A stretch of 64,000 bases of DNA from Eledone cirrhosa (lineage: Eukaryota), in NCBI GenBank assembly GCA_964016885.1, contig OZ024741.1, positions 144,274,001 to 144,338,000 of the forward strand, read 5' to 3'. A program made the position numbers and the translations under genes. Positions 26,233 through 38,860 of the stretch are shown piece by piece. The notes beneath the pieces are model-generated. The model was not told the DNA's origin. It searched no databases and was given only the letters and a program-made list of their open reading frames with translations. Position 1 is the first letter of the stretch; each line of letters starts with the position of its first letter.

Positions 26233-26314
26233 ATCACAATTTTAACACAATTTCCAAACTGGGTCAATAACTAGATCCTTGGACATCATTATTTTTGTTT
26301 GTGTATAGGGCTAC

Positions 26315-26450
26315 GCGGATTGGCAGGATAGGTAGAGCGTCGGATAAAATGCTTTGCGGTATTTGTTACTGATCTTTACATTCTGAGTTCAAATTCTGTT
26401 ACGGCCAGCTTTACCTTTCATCCTTCCGAGTCGATACAATAAAGTATCAA
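26315..26450 (+). mobile_element. Dominant SINE, 3' truncated
   Basis: GGATTGGCAGGATAGGTAGAGCGTCGG...GAGTTCAAATTC...CCTTTCATCCTTCCGAGTCGATA. Confidence 0.8.
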
Positions 26451-26645
26451 TCTTAAACTAAATTAGAAATCATTATTCTTGTTCGTGTATAAGTTGTTGA
26501 ATGATGACACCTAAACTATCTATGTACAGTCTCTAATTTTTACGTTGCAATTGGAGGGCCATGAAGTTTAATAAACATAAGATAGCTTACAAAGCAGACC
26601 AATCGGACGATCAGCAACGTTGCGCTTGAGTGCGGGGAAACTATT

Positions 26646-26890
26646 GCAGCAAGGCAACTAATGCAGCAAGGCAGTTAGTAGAACAAGGAAACCAGTGCAG
26701 CAGAGGAGCCAGCATTGCAGGGCAATGAATGTGGTAAGGGAAACAGCACATCAGGGTAACTAGTGCAGCAGGGCAACTAGTACAAAAGGGTATTCAGCAC
26801 AGCAAGGGATCTATCACAGCACGGCAATCAGCATAGCAGAGAAACCAACACAGCAGAGCAATCAGAGCAGCAAGAGGATCAGCACAGCAG
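26646..26890. repeat. Degenerate 17-bp minisatellite (14 units plus a partial one)
   Basis: Units such as GCAGCAAGGCAACTAAT, GCAGCAGGGCAACTAGT and ACAGCAGAGCAATCAGA stay in exact 17-nt register from 26646 to 26884. Confidence 0.85.
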
Positions 26891-27609
26891 ACGTCTGATC
26901 ACGTGATCGCCGGTGTTGCGCTGGAGAGCAACAAGGAAATCAGAGCTGTGGAAACGCATTTGGTCACTGCAAAGGAGACAGGAGGTTGCAAACGTCTAAT
27001 AGGGTGCAATCGACGGCAATGTACATGGGTTCTATATCTGCTTTATGGTTGCTACATTCGAACTCGGGGAAACCATGAGTCGAATCAAATACCGTCCACG
27101 ATTTATTCCAGCATTGTAAAACCTCTGCTAGCGGGATGGTGTAATTTATAATGATATTTTAAAACTTATATTACAAATATCAAAGATTAATTTCTCTATA
27201 ACGACTAAAAACGACCGATTTTTCTATAATACTTGCATGCCAAATTAAATAAAAGAGCATCAACAAAGTAGAATATCGGTTCCAATTCAGTTATTTTTGT
27301 ATTTTGATGGATACTTGCAAAACTATTATAATATCTAAGTATAGAAATAGCAGTTAGATTCCATCAATCTACATTTTACAGTATATATATATATGATATT
27401 TATCAGGTTGATTTCTACGGACTAAGGAGGAAAAGAATAGGATAGATTTTATATATATATATATGTATATGTTATACACACACGTGCATACATATATACA
27501 TCGAGCTACCTTTTACATATTTGTCATATGGAAAGTATTTGATTGCCCCTATCCCCAATCATCTCGCATCATTTTCTGGAGAAAGGGACCCTATGATTGG
27601 TCCATCATA

Positions 27610-27692
<83 letters not shown>

Positions 27693-27849
27693 AAGAAAGG
27701 AGGAAAGAAAGGGTGGAAATAGAGAAGCCGAGAGAGAACGATTGAGAAAGGCCGAAATCGTAGATAGATAGATATATATAAAGAGAAAGAGAGAGAGAGG
27801 GAGAGAGAGAGAGAGATGGGGAGAGAGACGGAGAAAACGAGAGAGAGTA

Positions 27850-27990
27850 TTCGACTCTCAGTACTTGATTGGTTACTTATTCATCGACCCCAGAAGGGCG
27901 AAAGCCAAAGTTGACCACTATGGTGGGGTTTGAACTCAGAGCAAAGGCAAACGAAAGAAATACCGTAAGGCATTCTATCCGATACTGCCC
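27850..27990 (-). mobile_element. Degenerate SINE
   Basis: TTATTCATCGACCCCAGAAGGGCGAAAGCC...TTTGAACTCAGA. Confidence 0.65.
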
Positions 27991-28284
27991 GTCCCTACCT
28001 TCCTACCAACCCACAAACGTAAACAAAACTACATCAATTGTAACCACAAAAAATCACGCTGTTTTTTTTCTTTTAAACTCTACATTTATCCATTAATTTA
28101 GTTATTCTTTCTCTCTTTGTCCCTCTCTCTGTTTGTGCGTTTCTATCTCCCTCTTTCTTTTTCTCTGTCACTCTGTCAGTTTCTCTCCCGCTCTCTCTCG
28201 CTCTCCTCTCTCTCTTTCTCTCCCTCGCTCTATCTTTGTCTCTTGTCCGACCTTTCCGTACTTGGAATGAGTGGTTCGGCGAGT

Positions 28285-28340
28285 ATCCAATAGTAGTCGA
28301 GTATAGTGGTCATGTGACATTGTTGTTTCTTTAAATGCTA
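28285..28340 (+). promoter_or_regulatory. Candidate promoter of the FAM43-like gene (CCAAT, E-box/CLEAR-like GTCATGTGAC, TATA-like TTTAAAT)
   Basis: CCAAT 28287-28291, GTCATGTGAC 28309-28318 and TTTAAAT 28330-28336 in order, in unique sequence ~1.4 kb upstream of the ATG. Motif evidence only. Confidence 0.25.
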
Positions 28341-29715
28341 TTGTCCACTACCACGAAACAGGTAAAGAAAATACTAAGCTAAATCTAGATCGGGAAGTAC
28401 ATCCATCCATCCATGTGTACTACTACTGACATGGTTAAAAGAAACCAGTCAGCTATTTAAAAAAACAATAACTAAACAAACAAAAAAAAACACACACCCA
28501 AACCAACAAAAAACAAACAAACAAAACAAAAACAGCCACTTGTTGTTTTACTAAAAGCTGGTTCACTTTAAAACCAAGCTATCTTTTGCAACTAACTAGA
28601 TACCACAACTAAACGAAGCGGAAAATTGTTTATTATTACTAAAATTTTCAAAAAAACATCCTTGTTACAGTGAAAAAAATCACTTGACTATTTGTTGGAC
28701 ATACCGTGTATTAATGCGCGACAGCCTTGTTATATTATAGCTTCCTAGAGACCGTGTTTTTATAGCTTCCTCATATACGTTTTCTATTCATTTCTGTCGT
28801 CTTTCCTTCATTTGTTATCTTCTAAATTTTTTTCACCTTCTTTCTCGTCATTATCCATTATCGTTTATCGAATATATTATTTATTAACTCTCTCTCTGCA
28901 TGTATTTACTTTTATAATCCTATTTTCTTACCTCCATCCGTCTTACCATTACAACCCATAATAACAACCACAGCAGTAAACACAACGAGCACCACCATCG
29001 CCACTATCACCGAAAACTAACTACCCCGGTAGGTTTTTTTACACCTGAACATTATCACGACACAACCACTACCACTACCTTTTCACTGTCGTTCTCAGCT
29101 TTAACAGCAGTCAGTCAAACAGTCGACCATGTGCGTGTTTGTGTCAGTGACTACGTACGTATGTGGGTGAGTGTATTGTGTGATTTTGAATGTAAAGCGA
29201 CACCTGTAACAAAACAGCACGGCCTAGTTAAAACAGATAGACAGGTAGATGCTTTAGTGTGTCAGTCCCAGTTGCTTCAACACCACCAAGCAGACGACAT
29301 CACTACCGTTCAGTTCACGTCGGTCAGAGTTAAAAACAAACAAGAACAAAACTCAGTTGTATAACTCGATCCTTACAATTTCTTCTCTTATTATTATTTT
29401 CATTTCATTATTTAGTAATATTATTTCTGATTTGACTGGAAACAAAATACTTTAAATAAGACGACGGTAAAATACTAAACAAATCTGTAACCATTCTATT
29501 ATTATTTTTTTTTCATTATTTTAACATCACAACACACACGCACTGATAGTTAACGTAGTTGATATATTATAAAAAGATGCCATAATTCACTTTGGATAAT
29601 AACATTTGCTGATATTTTTAGGGTACCACAGAAATATACCCCACTTTCGACTATTCTACTAAACAACTTATATCATAAACGGAATTATTATTTTTACTTG
29701 ACAAAAATCCGAAAA

Positions 29716-31106
29716 ATGAGTTTTTTCGGCTGGAGAAGGAAATCTTTAAACATTAGTGAAGAGGATCCGGTTTACAAAGTACGTTATTTGGGTAACATTC
29801 ACACCTGTATGATGAAAGGAGACGGGTGTGTGGATAAACCTGCTTCTATTTTATGGAATAACTACCTCAAAGTTCGCATCAAGCCCTCGAAATGAAAATT
29901 GTTGTGTCAGTAAGCGGCATTAAGGCGTTCACCCCAAAGAACAAGGGCTGATGCAGTATTGGTCTCACAAAATCGCTTACATCCTTGCTCACCCACAATA
30001 CCCGAAGATGTTTCTGTGGGTATACCGACACGAAGGACGCAAAATGAAGCTGGATTTACGGTGCCATGCAGTGCTGTGCAAAAACGAGACGAAGACGAAG
30101 CTTCTAGAGGTTCAATTGCACGACAAACTTTTGTTTGCTCTGAAGGAATTCGTGCGCGATAAGCGACGTAAACACAATTCACGACTGATATTCGAAAAGA
30201 CAAATACTGAGCCATCAAATGGTTCCATTTTACCCCTTCGACAACAAATGCTCAGCCAGGGAGGGAAATTTAAACCTCCAGTGAGTAAAATGAATTCAGC
30301 TCCCAAGTTGGGATCGATTTACGAACTAGATGAAAAAGAAGAAGAGAAAAGAAAAGGTCTTGACCTTTTAGAGGAGGAGGAGGAGGAGGAAGAAGAAGAG
30401 GAAGGAGTACAAGCAAGGCAGTTATTGAAGAACAATAACATACGTATGAACCCAAAGGAAGACCTAAAAGAGGTGGAGTGTGAGGAAGAGGACGAAGAAG
30501 AAGGCCTTGGTGGGATGAACGACAGTATAGATGAGGAAGATGATGATGTTAACGATGCTGATGATGATTTTTGTACAGAGAGTGACGTGAGTGACGGAAT
30601 CGACTCGCTGGCACTTGACCCCGAGTCGGACAACGTTAGTTTGTCATCCGACCATGTATGCCGGCCAGATGGACATGACGAGATACATTTTCTCACGAGT
30701 AAACAGACAAAAAACGATTCGGACGGTGAAAGTTCGGAATCAGGTTTCAGTGACAGCAGCAAAGAAATCGGTCTTTACCGTGTAGAAGATGGCAATAGGT
30801 TGAGCGAGGAGAGAGACGACATTGATCAGGGGCCACCCTCTGATAAAGTTAATAACTGCCTCAAAAACGATTCATTTGATGGTGACGATGAGATGGAAAG
30901 GAGCAATAGTATGGACAGAGATTGTAGCAACAACAGCAGCATTACCAGTTGCCAGAAAAGTATTAGTAAGAAAGACAACAACAATAATAACAAACTTAAC
31001 CCTTTAGAAAGTTCGGGAAAAGAATACATCCATTCCGGAAACACCACAACGTCGTTGAAGGAGACGAACCCAAACAACACCAAAAATATCAGCGAGAGCA
31101 ACAACG

Positions 31107-31139
<33 letters not shown>

Positions 31140-31375
31140 GTAGCTGCATCACAGAATCCTCTCATACGCAATCTTCTACAAATTCTTCGTCTAAATTATC
31201 ATCATCATCATCATCATCATCATCCACCACGGCATCATCATCATTATACAATTCCACCTCATCCACACCGACCTCGAAAGCAACAACAACGACATGCTCA
31301 TCATCATCATCATTGCCATCAACGTTAGTGAGTTCCAGTTGGTCAGAGAAGACAAAGATGGTACAATGCCTGTGA
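29716..31375 (+). CDS. FAM43A: FAM43-like protein (PTB/PID_2 domain, long acidic and Ser/Asn-rich tail); two apparent frameshifts in the assembly
   Basis: ISEEDPVYKVRYLGNIHT...KGDGCVDKP..ILWNNY; bridging frame SSHQALEMKIVVSVSGIKAFT; then KEQGLMQYWSHKIAY..AHPQYPKMFLWVYRHEGRKMKLDLRCHAVLC, characteristic of FAM43-family PID domains. Paralog assignment is uncertain. Confidence 0.8.
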
Positions 31376-31543
31376 GGGGGTGCAACAGTGAAGAACAAAA
31401 ACATCCTAATTTTGAGCCCCAATACATCAACGGTAAGTTGAAAATTTCACAAATCTATAGAAAGCTTTTTAAAATCTAAATTACACCACCGATGTACACA
31501 CACACACACATACACACATACACATATATATATGTGTGTGTCT

Positions 31544-31602
<59 letters not shown>

Positions 31603-31623
31603 AATATATATATATATATTTAT

Positions 31624-31817
31624 AGGAACGAGTAAGACCCCGACGGCTGAGCTCAAGCCGTTTCGACGGCTAATTCTGGACGCAGAATTAGCCGTCGAAA
31701 CGGCTTGAGCTCAGCCGTCGGGGTCTTACTCGTTCCTATTACCCACTCTACTACCCTAAGTATTGAGTACTTTGGTGCGTTATGGTCCACCTGGTTCCTT
31801 ACCACATTTCCTTCGTT
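31624..31817 (+). mobile_element. (TA)n-embedded fold-back element, half-hammerhead family (most intact copy)
   Basis: Perfect 57-bp inverted repeat 31622-31678 / 31683-31739 with GACG loop, then an ~80-bp body. Confidence 0.85.
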
Positions 31818-31822
31818 ATATA

Positions 31823-31864
<42 letters not shown>

Positions 31865-31939
31865 TATATGCACATGTATGCACATGCACATATGCATTTA
31901 AAAATATATATTCTACTTTATGTATCAATAGTTTTTCTT

Positions 31940-31981
<42 letters not shown>

Positions 31982-32091
31982 ACACGTATTGATTCGAGTA
32001 TGTTAATTAATCACCGACGTGCGCAGGTGGTTCTGTTTACTCCGGAGTATATATATATAAATATGTAGTAACCTGTTGACTTATACATCAT

Positions 32092-32133
<42 letters not shown>

Positions 32134-32153
32134 GCGAGCGCACACACACACAC

Positions 32154-32209
<56 letters not shown>

Positions 32210-32221
32210 ACACACACACAC

Positions 32222-32267
<46 letters not shown>

Positions 32268-32286
32268 ACACACAGACACACACACA

Positions 32287-32486
32287 NNNNNNNNNNNNNN
32301 NNNNNNNNNNNNNNNNNNNNNNNNNNNNNNNNNNNNNNNNNNNNNNNNNNNNNNNNNNNNNNNNNNNNNNNNNNNNNNNNNNNNNNNNNNNNNNNNNNNN
32401 NNNNNNNNNNNNNNNNNNNNNNNNNNNNNNNNNNNNNNNNNNNNNNNNNNNNNNNNNNNNNNNNNNNNNNNNNNNNNNNNNNNNNN
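32287..32486. other. Assembly gap (200 N) within (CA)n/(TA)n microsatellite
   Basis: Run of N. Confidence 1.
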
Positions 32487-32808
32487 TACACATATATTCA
32501 CATATATATATATATATACACAAACCACACACACACCAAAACAACAACATACACATGCACACATGTAAAATATGTGTTAACATATATATATATATATGTT
32601 GAACGTAAAGTGATTAAAACAAATAGAGTTTTTTAAAAAATGATAATCGTACAAAAGACAAGAAAAAACAAATTTCAGCGCATACATTATATTTTTTCAT
32701 CGAGTTTTGTTAATTTCTGCTAGTAAAATATATTACATATTGCTTACAAGCACAACATCTAGACATTCATTTTTACATATACATAAATATGTATATATCA
32801 TACATACT

Positions 32809-32942
<134 letters not shown>

Positions 32943-33469
32943 TATATATAGATTTATTATCTAATTGTGTTGTAACTACCACTCTATTCTCTATATATCT
33001 ACACCCTTGGCGTTTATCAACGTTGTTGGCGAGGCGTATTACTGTGAGCAATGCTATTGCGGCATTTACGTCACGTCTCATGCATGACAAATCCGTTTCT
33101 TTTTCTTTCCGAATTTACTAAAGAAAAGTTCGTTGTGAGTCTCGTTTTAGGTTAAGATAAATAAAAAAGAGTGCAAAATAATAAGAGGAAAACACTATGA
33201 CCTCGGTTACGCAGTGTATTGCAGCTGACCTCGGTTACGCAGTGTATTGCAGCTGCTATTCGTACGCGAGGTTATTAAAACGTTGGCGTGAAAAACCGCC
33301 AGCGATATCCGCTGCATCAGCCATTCAACCTCACACGGCTCGTTTCTCATTTCATTTCGATTGGGCGGAGGAAAACGGCAGTCCAGGAACCGAGTACACT
33401 GGAGCTCTCAACGACGAACCTCCAAAATGGAATCAGTATATTTGACTCCTAACTCGTATGTTATTAGTG

Positions 33470-33800
33470 TGGACGCATCATGTTCAGATAGTTAAGACGT
33501 TTGGTTCGCAAACAATAGGAGCCGGGTTCAATCCTACTGCATGTTATCTTGTGCAGATATAATTTGCCAAAGCCTCAGGTCAAGCGGAACTGTTTGGAAG
33601 TGTGTCAGATGGACTGTACATGTAATTCAGAGGGCCAGTCATCTCACATACTCTGCAACACTCAATTTCCCCAAGAATTACATTAAGGACACACGTGTCT
33701 GGGATGATCAGTCACTTACACGTTAATATCAGGCGCAGGATAATCCATTGATCAAATAACTGGAATAATCATCGTCGGAACCGACGAAAGTCCATTGATG
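33470..33800 (+). mobile_element. Old tRNA-derived SINE
   Basis: tRNA-like head with GGGTTCAATCC B box near 33525. Confidence 0.45.
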
Positions 33801-34169
33801 TTAATAGTTTTTATACCATCAGCGGTACCGACTTGAATCCATGGCCGAAACATATCTCCCACCGAACTGTTACCGTACATAAGTAACGCTCATCGTGAGA
33901 AGAAATGGAAGCAATATACAAGGAAGGAAGCGATGTATATTAATAAGTTAAAGTCTTCTTATGAGTCTGAGTAACTTTAGAAGGTCTAAGTGTAACCCCT
34001 TTTCCATTAATTTTAACATACCAGTAACACATTACTGTGGGGATGACATGAATAAATGGAGGGATTTACGTATTCATGGCTGACTGCTCACATGATCAAA
34101 AAGCATTCCACCTATGATCCACTTGACTTCCTATAAGACAATGATATCTAGGACCACATATTATGGCTT

Positions 34170-34250
34170 TTTACGTTCTGGTTTCAAATTCGCTGAGGTA
34201 AACATTACCTTTCATCCTTCCAGGGTCAATAAAATAAAATACCAGTAAAA
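34170..34250 (+). mobile_element. Dominant SINE fragment
   Basis: TTACCTTTCATCCTTCCAGGGTCAATAAAATAAAATACCAG. Confidence 0.7.
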
Positions 34251-34617
34251 TATATATAGAGAGAGAAAGAGTTCAAATGTGTATTCGTATCGTGTGACCT
34301 TGCCTTTCTCTTTAAGCATTAGCAACAATGTAAACATAGAATCAATCAATATCGTCTGGCCAATAGTAATCTATAATCAATATGGCCAAGAATTTTCTAT
34401 TATGTTTATAAGTCTATGTTTATATGTATGTATATATTCTCTGTGGAAATATATTAGAAAGACCTCTAGCTAAAAGTACGGGAGTCATTGGAAACATAGT
34501 TTAGTTATCTTCTCTCTCTGACTTACATAGAATGTATTTTCAGGAATAATGGGCTGGTGGGGTGAAACAAACTAAAAATACACTAATAATCCAGTTTAAT
34601 AATAATAATAATAATAG

Positions 34618-35845
34618 AACTTGCCTACAAGACCACCATCATTGGACTGACCAAATATCTTGAAACAACTAACGACCGTATGCTGAAACTTGTTGAAAAG
34701 CATGAGAGAAGTAAGAAGCTTCATTCTATCTTGAAGGAGAGCAAAAAATCTGCTACTGATCTCATGCTTGATACCCAGGCTGGACAGACTAAAGAAACTC
34801 TTGCAACTGATGCTGCTAGGCACATAAAATCACTGGAAAAAGCAAAAGGGCAAGGACAATTAGCATCAAATTGGGAGCAGAAACCTCTGCATGGTAAATA
34901 TGTGGTCCGTAGAAAACAAGCTGATGTTGACCAAAAGAAAACCCATCAGTGGCTACGTAATTCAGGGCTAAAGGCGGAGAGTGAAGGCTTTATCTTAACT
35001 GCCCAAGATCAAAGCTTATTGACTCGTAATTACCAGGCCAATGTGATGAGAAACGGAATAAACCCAAAGTGCCGATTTTGTAATGCTGGAGTTGAAACAG
35101 TGGATCACTTAGTCTCTGGATGTAAAGTTTTAGCACCAGTAGAATACAAATATAGACATGACAGAGTTGGCCAATATCTACACTGGGTAATATGTAGGCA
35201 TTACAAAATCAAAGCTGAAGACAAGTGGTACAACCATCACCCTGAGGTTGTAACTGAAGGATAAAAAGTAACAATTCTCTGGGACTTTCCTGTACATACT
35301 GACGGGACCATAAAAGCAAATAGACCTGACATCATTATAAAAGATCAACATAACAAGGTCTGTTTGTTGATAGATATAAGTATCCCATGTGATCACAATA
35401 TCACGGCAAAAGAATTTGACAAGCTACGAAAATATAAAGATCTGCTTATTGAAATTGAGAAAATGTGGCACCTCAAGGCAGTTACAATACCAGTGATTGT
35501 GGGAGGACTGGGAATGATCAAGAAAGGAACAGAACAATATTTGCGAATGATTCCTGGTTTACCGTCTCCGCACGAGGTGCAAAAAATTGTTTTGACTGGT
35601 ACTGCACTCGTATTGAGAAGGGCACTATCTCTGTAAGATTGATATCCCTCCTTGTATTTACATATGCATATGCACATGTGTATATATGTATACTGTAGTG
35701 TGTTTTTTTTTTTTTTTTTTAAATTACGATCAATGTGTTGTATTAACTGGCTTACCAATGCACACTGTGAATTTATTTGCTCTAGGTGTCAGGAATTCAC
35801 TCGGCATGTATCTCAGAAACAATAATGAAAGAAAATAATAATAAT
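34618..35845 (+). mobile_element. 5'-truncated R4/Dong-type LINE in (TAA)n
   Basis: ORFs 34680-35264 (ESEGFILTAQDQ, CRFC..H..C, RHD) and 35364-35636 (LIDISIP, KYKDL, PVIVGGLG); GAA>TAA stop near 35262. Confidence 0.9.
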
Positions 35846-35856
35846 ATATATATACA

Positions 35857-35924
<68 letters not shown>

Positions 35925-35926
<2 letters not shown>

Positions 35927-36024
35927 CGAAGGAAGTGTGGTAAGGAACCAGGTGGACCATAACGGTCCAGAAATAGCCATCGAAACGGCTTGAGCTCTGC
36001 CGTCGGAGTCTTGAACATTTTCCT
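35925..36024 (-). mobile_element. Internally deleted copy of the half-hammerhead fold-back family
   Basis: Body end joined directly to GTCCAGAAATAGCCATCGAAACGGCTTGAGCTCTGCCGTCGG; (TA)n on both sides. Confidence 0.75.
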
Positions 36025-36228
36025 ATATATATATATATATATATATATGTAAATTTTTAGTATATGTTGGTTGTTTACCGACACCTCAGGATGCAGATTG
36101 GAGCACTCGAAGTAACCAAACCAATCTGCGTACTCGAAGTATGCAGGTTGGTTTGGTTACTCCGGAGTAATGTAAAATAAAGTAATTAAGTCAAATATTT
36201 AAGATTAGGCTTCGTTTATTAAAGATGT

Positions 36229-36283
36229 ACTGCTATATATATTTCGGTGACAGCCATCATTGGCTGTGACCTCTTCAGGCAGT
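36229..36283 (-). ncRNA. Minimal type I hammerhead ribozyme motif
   Basis: Exact reverse complement of 36501-36555. Confidence 0.8.
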
Positions 36284-36500
36284 TCGAATTGGTGTGGTAG
36301 AGACAGGTACACATGTCGTTAAAGTGTTTTACTCCGTCAATACTGCGATATGTCCAGCTCCTGGTTGGGTTGTTATTTCACTGAGGAACTGGAATTTCCT
36401 CAGTGAAATAACAACCCAACCAGGAGCTGGACATATCGGAGTATTGACGGAGTAAAACACTTTAACAACATGTGTCCCTGTCTCTACCACACCAATTCGA

Positions 36501-36555
36501 ACTGCCTGAAGAGGTCACAGCCAATGATGGCTGTCACCGAAATATATATAGCAGT
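36501..36555 (+). ncRNA. Minimal type I hammerhead ribozyme motif
   Basis: Stem I ACTGC/GCAGT; CTGAAGA; stem II GGTCACAGCCA-ATGA-TGGCTGTCACC; GAAA; palindromic TATATA; U-A cleavage site. Confidence 0.82.
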
Positions 36556-36604
36556 ACATCTTTAATAAACGAAGCCTAATCTTAAATATTTGACTTAATT
36601 ACTT

Positions 36605-36611
<7 letters not shown>

Positions 36612-36657
<46 letters not shown>

Positions 36658-37051
36658 TGTATATATATATATGAATGTATATATATATATGAATGTATAT
36701 ATATATATGAATGTATATATATATATATGAATGTATATATATATATATATGAATATATATGAATGTATATATATATATATATGAATATATATGAATGTAT
36801 ATATATATATATGAATATATATGAATGTATATATATATATGAATGTATATATATATATGAATATATATGTATATATATATGAATATATATGAATGTATAT
36901 ATATATATATGAATATATATGAATGTATATATATATATGAATATATATGTATATAAATATATATGAATATATATATGTATATATATATGTGTATACATAT
37001 ATATGTATATATATATATATGAATATATATGTACATAAATAAATCTGAATA

Positions 37052-37120
<69 letters not shown>
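36612..37120. repeat. Compound (TA)n / (TA)n-GAATG microsatellite
   Basis: Directly visible. Confidence 0.9.
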
Positions 37121-37149
<29 letters not shown>

Positions 37150-37378
37150 TGCGTATGAGTGCATATGTATATATATATGCAATGATGTATATATACATCA
37201 TGTATACGTACGTATGTATGTATGTGAGTTTTATTCAATTATTTTCCTTTTTGTTTATTTCTGATTTATCGATTAATTCAGTCAGTCTAGTCACAGTATA
37301 TATTACTATAGCTCATCATTTACAACCGCACGCACGAGTACTCATGTCTGTACACACACACACACGCACACACACGTG

Positions 37379-37484
<106 letters not shown>

Positions 37485-37561
37485 CGAGAGTGAGAGAGAG
37501 AGGGAGAGAGAGAATGTGTGTGAGTGTTCAACCAAGTACATTATTCTCAAATATGAAAGGG

Positions 37562-37628
<67 letters not shown>

Positions 37629-37714
37629 ATAATAATAAATTTGAAGACTAAAATCCAAAGAGGCCTCGATAAGGATAAATATATATCAAATATATAAGAA
37701 CCGTAGAGCAAATA

Positions 37715-38048
37715 TTTATTAAAATAACAGATTAAAGTTTAAGCAAAGCAAACTAACAAAGTCAATCTGTGAACGCTGAAGTGAATATTTAAACAAACAT
37801 TGCAACCGGAGGAAGACAGGAAGACGATACTTTGGTTCGTGGAAACGTTCCCTGGCAAAGAACGGGAAAAAACGAATATAATACGTCATTATTTGGAGCG
37901 ATGAAAAACAATTACACGCAAAGACAAAACCACGTTTATGGTATAAAAGAGGTCGTAGACTAATATTCTATTAGGTGGTTGTTAGTTAGTTTCAGAAGAT
38001 CCCGTTAAGGGTGAAAGCAGCGATTCTTTGCTTAAACTTTAATCTGTT

Positions 38049-38056
<8 letters not shown>
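37715..38056 (+). mobile_element. TA-embedded element with long terminal inverted repeats carrying a hammerhead-like fold (left repeat internally deleted)
   Basis: AAAATAACAGATTAAAGTTTAAGCAAAG ... CTTTGCTTAAACTTTAATCTGTT; second copy at 48152-48450; internal TATAAAAG. Confidence 0.75.
37988..38038 (+). ncRNA. Hammerhead-like motif with non-canonical core CAGAAGA
   Basis: Stem I AGTTT/AAACT; CAGAAGA; T-CCC-GTTAA-GGG-T; GAAA; stem III GCAG/TTGC; U-U. Confidence 0.5.
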
Positions 38057-38090
<34 letters not shown>

Positions 38091-38104
38091 TCATATTTAT
38101 GAAT

Positions 38105-38280
38105 AATTGTTTCTACTTTTGGTACAAGGCCAGCAATTACCTAGTACATTACTGGTACTTTATTTTATCGACCCCGTAAGGATGAAAGGCAAAGTTAACC
38201 TCGACGGGATTTGAACTCAGCGACGTAACTATGCTAGAAAGCATGGCGTCCAACCTTCTATCGATATTGTCAATTCACCG
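38105..38280 (-). mobile_element. Dominant SINE
   Basis: Diagnostic block present. Confidence 0.88.
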
Positions 38281-38679
38281 GAAAGCGATATATATATATA
38301 TATTTGACAATAATGTACTTGGTTGAACACATACACATAGCCAATTTCTCTCAGAGGCATACACACATACACATATACAACTTGCAGTTAAAGGACCTTT
38401 ATGTGAAAGCGTCGTCAGTTAGGAAACGTTTGGACATAAGTTCTGAATATGAATCAATAGATTAAAAATTCAGTATTCTTCATGACTATTCCTCAAGCTC
38501 GTCTCGTACAACTATATTTATAGAATTTATAAGAGCCCAACAGGTAGTGAGTGTGTATGTCCGTGAAACATATACATATACACCGGGTCCGCTCACAAAT
38601 GAACCAAACTCCTACTGTCACTGCTTCCGTCTCTCCCGCTCTCCCCATCTCTTCCTATTGTGAGCAAATGGTGGCCCAC

Positions 38680-38860
38680 GCGCTGGCCGCTCAGGAGGGA
38701 GACGAGCTGGGAGAACCATTCCAGCTCGCGAAGCTCACACCTGCGGGTAGCCAACTCGTTGCCGCAGGTAGTGAGCAGGGAGGTGGCCTAGGACCAAGGA
38801 CACCAGAAGTCTTCACTGTCACGGGCTCGACTGCAAACCTGTCGGAGAACGACCGATATT
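38680..38860 (-). mobile_element. CRE-clade LINE 3' fragment
   Basis: Reverse complement is colinear with 60526-60690 (YRS.SDRFAV.P..V.TSGVLG). Confidence 0.75.

Larger units (their letters stand above)
36173..36611. repeat. Near-perfect palindrome (216-bp arms, 7-nt loop), probable inverted Penelope-like terminal repeat
   Basis: Symmetric about 36389-36395; three mismatches seen by eye. Confidence 0.95.

Noticed and set aside
26646-26890. CRISPR-like array
   Set aside because: Contiguous units without spacers, no cas genes, eukaryotic context.
29860-29950. Programmed ribosomal frameshifting or RNA editing as the explanation for the FAM43-like frameshifts
   Set aside because: No canonical slippery heptamer, and A-to-I editing cannot repair indels; sequencing error is more parsimonious.
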